The notes under the pieces: model-generated
Database searches by the model: none
Seen by the model: only the letters and a program-made list of their open reading frames with translations
Told to the model about the DNA's origin: nothing
Made by a program: the position numbers and the translations under genes
NCBI GenBank assembly: GCA_036804585.1
Contig: DAIRSC010000001.1
Coordinates: forward strand, 1 to 39,915
Reading direction: 5' to 3'
Source: Chitinophagaceae bacterium
GTDB lineage: Bacteria > Bacteroidota > Bacteroidia > Chitinophagales > Chitinophagaceae
Length of the DNA: 39,915 bases
In this document: in pieces, positions 36,102 to 39,915 of the stretch
Layout: each line of letters starts with the position of its first letter
Numbering within the stretch: position 1 is the first letter of the stretch

Positions 36102-38132
36102 ATGTCTAAGAAAATGCCTCAGTCTAAAACAAGTCAGCAGGCTCCGGTAACGCCTCAGCCAGCTCAAACTACATCTGAGCGGGATGGTGGGAGCGCCTCA
36201 ATTTGGAATCGACTTTGTTCATCGTATTGGCCCTACGTGATGATTACATTGCTTGGTTTTGTTTTATACGCCAATACTTTAAATCACGAATATGCTTTAG
36301 ATGATGATATGCTGGTTGTTTCCAATAGTTATGTATTGCAAGGAACAGCCGGCATCGCGGATATCATGAAGACGGATGTGTACGATAGTTATAACAAAGC
36401 CAATCAGGCCGAAGCCAATCTGGCAGGCGGTCGATTCCGGCCTTTATCACTGGTTACTTTTGCCATAGAGCAACAATTTATCGGCACCTATCCGGATGGG
36501 ATGAAAGATAATGCTTGGGACCTCAATCAAAATGGAAAGGGGGATGCTTTTGAAGATTTGAATAAAGATGGGCGTTTTACCATTTATGATGCCAAAATCA
36601 GAGGCATGGGTTTGAGGCATTTTAATAATATTTTGTTTTATGTATTGAGCATGTGTATTCTTTATTTATTCCTGAGTTCATATCTTTTTAAAGAACAAAA
36701 AATAGGGGCATTGCTTTGTACACTTCTGTTTCTGGTCCACCCACTGCATACTGAAGTGGTAGCCAATGTTAAAAGTCGGGATGAAATTCTCTCCTTGTTG
36801 TTTATGATCACCACTTTATATCTTGGATTTCGATATGTAGAATCCAGGCGTCTTAAAAACATGGTGTGGACTTTGGGTTGTTTTTTTCTTGCTATGCTGA
36901 GTAAAGAATATGGGGTCATCTTATTGGTGCTTTTTCCGACGGCCATTTATGTGCTGTTGAAAGATAAAAAAGTGATTGACCAATTGCCATTGATGTTGGG
37001 AATGTTGGTTGTTTTTGGAATCTATTTTGCCATGCGCAGTCAAACAACCATTGGATTGGATGAGGCCAAAGAAACCGGCGAATTACTGAACAATCCTTAT
37101 CTCAAAGCAACAGCAGCCGAGGCCTGGGCCACGAAAATATATATCAATCTCAAGTACTTTTTATTGATGTTATTTCCATTGAATCTCAGTTGCGACTATA
37201 GTTACAATTCCATTCCATACCGCTCATTCGCAAGTATGGAAGTATGGTTGAGTATTGCGTTATTATTGGTTTTAGTATTGGCGACATTATGGGCTTTCCG
37301 TCAGCGTAGTTGGTTTTTGTTTCCGCTACTCATGTTGACGATGCCCCTGATGATGATCAATAACTTCTTCTTTAATATCGGTGCTACCATGGGTGAGCGT
37401 CTGGTTTATCATTCGTCATTGGGTTTTTGTTTGTTACTTGTAGGCGGACTATTCTATCTCAATCAACGAATCAATAAAATGCAAAAGAATTCTGCAATGC
37501 TTATGGTGATACTCTTACCGATCATTCTATTATTTGGTGCAGGTACTATTGCCAGAAATCCTGATTGGAAAAATAATCATACCCTGTATCGCTCCGATAT
37601 TACCAAGTATCCCAATAGTGCGTTTTTGAATGGTAATTTATTAGCCATATATGGAGAAATGGCCGAGATACCTGCAAACGCTAATCGCAAGCAAGCCCTT
37701 CTGGATTCTGCATCCGTATTCGGCTACAAGGCATTGGAAATGCATCCAGGTTATATTTTGGCTTTGCTGAATATGGCGCAAGTCAAATCGGTGCAGCAAA
37801 AAATCGATAGCATGTTTTATTTTAATCAACGCTTATTGGAAATTTCCCCCAATGATCAAAAAGTGGTGAACCAAATCAATAATGCGGCTGGAATTTATTA
37901 CAACAAAGGCATGGAATTTTTACAGGCAAACGAGCAGGATAAAGCGCTTGATGCATTCTTAATGGCTCATCAGATTAAACCAAATGATCATCGCCCATTA
38001 CTATTTATTGGAAATATTTATTGGTTGAAAAATGATTTATCTCAGGCACGAAGTATGTGGCAAAAAGGACTTTCACTCGCACCCAACGATGCGGTTTTGC
38101 GCAAAGCATTGATGGATCATGGCGGTTTGTAA
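36102..38132 (+). CDS. Polytopic membrane protein with C-terminal TPR repeats, TMTC/PMT-like (GT-C fold) putative glycosyltransferase
   Basis: About 10+ predicted TM helices. An early loop motif YALDDDMLVVSN resembles the DD/DE motif of GT-C mannosyltransferases. The last ~170 aa contain C-terminal TPR-like helices. The functional assignment is by architecture only. Confidence 0.6.
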   Translation: MSKKMPQSKTSQQAPVTPQPAQTTSERDGGSASIWNRLCSSYWPYVMITLLGFVLYANTLNHEYALDDDMLVVSNSYVLQGTAGIADIMKTDVYDSYNKANQAEANLAGGRFRPLSLVTFAIEQQFIGTYPDGMKDNAWDLNQNGKGDAFEDLNKDGRFTIYDAKIRGMGLRHFNNILFYVLSMCILYLFLSSYLFKEQKIGALLCTLLFLVHPLHTEVVANVKSRDEILSLLFMITTLYLGFRYVESRRLKNMVWTLGCFFLAMLSKEYGVILLVLFPTAIYVLLKDKKVIDQLPLMLGMLVVFGIYFAMRSQTTIGLDEAKETGELLNNPYLKATAAEAWATKIYINLKYFLLMLFPLNLSCDYSYNSIPYRSFASMEVWLSIALLLVLVLATLWAFRQRSWFLFPLLMLTMPLMMINNFFFNIGATMGERLVYHSSLGFCLLLVGGLFYLNQRINKMQKNSAMLMVILLPIILLFGAGTIARNPDWKNNHTLYRSDITKYPNSAFLNGNLLAIYGEMAEIPANANRKQALLDSASVFGYKALEMHPGYILALLNMAQVKSVQQKIDSMFYFNQRLLEISPNDQKVVNQINNAAGIYYNKGMEFLQANEQDKALDAFLMAHQIKPNDHRPLLFIGNIYWLKNDLSQARSMWQKGLSLAPNDAVLRKALMDHGGL

Positions 38133-38155
38133 ATTAATATTAGGCCCCATTTAAA

Positions 38156-39915
38156 TCATGGTAATTGTTCCAATATCACCGATTCCTTGTACGCCAGATT
38201 GAGTTGCTTAATAAATTGATTCCACTGTGGAAATTCAGTGTGTGATAAAATCAAATCCGGAAAATCGCTGTACAAATATTGGGTACAAATTAGCTGCCCG
38301 TTTTCCTGTTTGTAGTCGACCGTGAAACCAAAATGTGCTTGTGAAAAAGAGGCATTGGGCGGTGTGTAACTGACCTTGTAACCTTTAGGTATTTCCAGTA
38401 CAACTTCCGAACGACTTGCGAGATTCAGTTTGAAGCCATAAGGCACATCACGATCTGGTTCTTTAATGGCATCATTCATAAACATTTTATCTAAAAAAAG
38501 GTTTACATATTTTTCTTTTCCTACTTCGCGTGCGTAGGAAGGAACATGATACTCCAGATAAAAATCATCGGTAGTGACTTTCGATACTTTTGGCATTCGG
38601 TAAGTTTTGAGCACCGCATTATTGCCTACCCGCTTGATGGTGCCCTTGGCGTAATCGTCTTTTTCTTTCTCGGTGAGATAGTGCATGGCATTCGCTAAAT
38701 TACCGGCTACCAAACCATTGTAGCGCGTTGTGTTTTTCACATACAAATCATTACCCTGAAGTTGGAGATTGGTTTTTTCAGTAATTAAATTATCAGAGGC
38801 TTTCACGACCGGTACCATGACCAATTCAAACTCAGTCGGGCTGATGCCAATCATGGCTTCCTTGCCTTGTATATGATCTGCCGGCATACCAAACATACAA
38901 TTGGGATCTGTGGCATCCAAAAATATCCAATCCTTACCGTTGCGGATGGCAGCAATCATATGGTTGTCGGTATTTTTGAGCGGCACCTCCGTATAGGTAT
39001 AAGGAATTCGTCGGCTGCCAATCCATACCAAATAGGCTTTTACACCAGCGGCTTTCAGTAAATTATACTGAAGGTTACTCATGTCCTTACAATCGCCATA
39101 TCGTTTGGAGCAAATAGCTTCTGCTTCACGGGGGACCAAACCTTCCATACCTGCTTCGAAAGCCACATACCGGATATTTTCCTGAACCCATTGGTAAACA
39201 AGTTTTGCTTTACCCATATCATCGTTCATTCCATGACAAATAGAATCTGCCAATTGTTGAATACGAGTGCTCGGTGTTTTGTTGATATCACGAATATTGT
39301 AAGCATACCATCGATACAAATCTGCAGGTGTTTTGGTCAGGCTGCGAGTGACTCCCTTGATGGTATAATCATCAATTTTGTACAGAATGTGTGGGGTATA
39401 AAATAACCGCCCGGGTGCACTTTCAAAACTTATTTCTTCCGGCACTTTTTCGGCGATCCAAGTATAAACTGTTTCATTTTTCTTTTGCTCTTTCGTCATT
39501 TTGGCAAGAGCTGCAGGATTATTTTTTTCAATGAACTGCACATTCACTTTATCCGGAATAATGAGTTCAAAAAAGACTTTCTCTACAGGCAGATAATGCT
39601 TGAATAACATGGCATCCGTAAAATGCGCTTCAGGGGTGCTCACGGTATAGGTTATATGCGCTTCGGACCCAACTGTAAGGCCTAAAAAATTGATTTTGTA
39701 CTCCTGCATATCATCATAGAACACACTTTCACTGGTAGCATTATTCGATTTAAATTCTTTTTGTTTAATGGTATTTATTTTTCCATCAGGCTGGGGGTTT
39801 TTGGTTACGACTTCAAGGTCTTCCAGCTTTTCGAAATGCGACATATAAATGGAATAATCATGATAAAGGGTAATGGCTTTTTCGTCATTGAATTTAAAAA
39901 TGATCTCGTTTTTGG
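38156..39915 (-). CDS. DUF3857-type N-terminal domain plus transglutaminase-like cysteine protease core; 5-prime partial (runs off the window)
   Basis: Transglutaminase-core motif YGDCKDMSNL with downstream His/Asp candidates (DNHMIAA, FLDATD). The minus-strand frame stays open from 39844 to the window end (…KNEIIFKFNDEKAITLYHDYSIYMSHF…), so the true start lies outside. Confidence 0.75.
   Translation of the reverse strand, partial: KNEIIFKFNDEKAITLYHDYSIYMSHFEKLEDLEVVTKNPQPDGKINTIKQKEFKSNNATSESVFYDDMQEYKINFLGLTVGSEAHITYTVSTPEAHFTDAMLFKHYLPVEKVFFELIIPDKVNVQFIEKNNPAALAKMTKEQKKNETVYTWIAEKVPEEISFESAPGRLFYTPHILYKIDDYTIKGVTRSLTKTPADLYRWYAYNIRDINKTPSTRIQQLADSICHGMNDDMGKAKLVYQWVQENIRYVAFEAGMEGLVPREAEAICSKRYGDCKDMSNLQYNLLKAAGVKAYLVWIGSRRIPYTYTEVPLKNTDNHMIAAIRNGKDWIFLDATDPNCMFGMPADHIQGKEAMIGISPTEFELVMVPVVKASDNLITEKTNLQLQGNDLYVKNTTRYNGLVAGNLANAMHYLTEKEKDDYAKGTIKRVGNNAVLKTYRMPKVSKVTTDDFYLEYHVPSYAREVGKEKYVNLFLDKMFMNDAIKEPDRDVPYGFKLNLASRSEVVLEIPKGYKVSYTPPNASFSQAHFGFTVDYKQENGQLICTQYLYSDFPDLILSHTEFPQWNQFIKQLNLAYKESVILEQLP

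Noticed and set aside
1-39915. CRISPR arrays, tRNA/rRNA genes, IS elements, integrases or prophage genes
   Set aside because: I saw no short regularly spaced repeats, no tRNA-like T-arm/acceptor patterns, and no transposase or integrase-like ORFs on reading the six-frame track and the intergenic regions.

Overview
This looks like a Bacteroidota chromosomal segment. The evidence is BatD/BatE, type-A and type-B T9SS C-terminal sorting domains, TAnnTTTG-like promoter boxes and no obvious Shine-Dalgarno use. Ordinary housekeeping genes sit at both ends. On the left are batD/batE, tsaE, a VOC protein, a geranylgeranyl-reductase-like flavoprotein, an M28-PDZ peptidase, gcvT and a methyltransferase. 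On the right are an EnvC-like LytM protein, an ABM protein, a T9SS cargo protein, an FNR-family reductase, a TMTC-like membrane protein with TPRs, and a transglutaminase-like protein that runs off the window. The centre (about 9.5-31.4 kb) is an accessory island of very large exported proteins: a 1210-aa LamG/PKD/SprB-repeat/TIM-barrel protein ending in a dockerin-like pair; a 1879-aa SBBP/beta-helix protein with a type-A T9SS CTD; two paralogous type-B-CTD proteins; and a 2173-aa thioester-less alpha-2-macroglobulin-like protein. The most unusual signal is that 3-prime-end copies of all three giant genes recur in the island. (i) A tandem ~2.2-kb cassette repeats the last ~200 codons of the 1879-aa gene with a different but intact T9SS CTD, followed by a second copy of its translationally coupled partner gene. 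Identity across this cassette is mosaic, from divergent to 100 percent. (ii) A ~500-nt copy of the A2M gene 3-prime end lies just upstream of the A2M promoter, so direct repeats bracket the gene. (iii) A frameshifted copy of the dockerin-bearing C-terminus abuts that A2M remnant head-to-head. I found no recombinase, reverse transcriptase, toxin/immunity pair, CRISPR array, tRNA or rRNA. The idea of C-terminal cassette exchange is an inference; decayed paralogs or assembly artefacts are the alternatives. Other observations are an in-frame TAA that cuts off a conserved-looking methyltransferase C-terminus, and a ~62-nt element with hairpins that brackets batD-batE.
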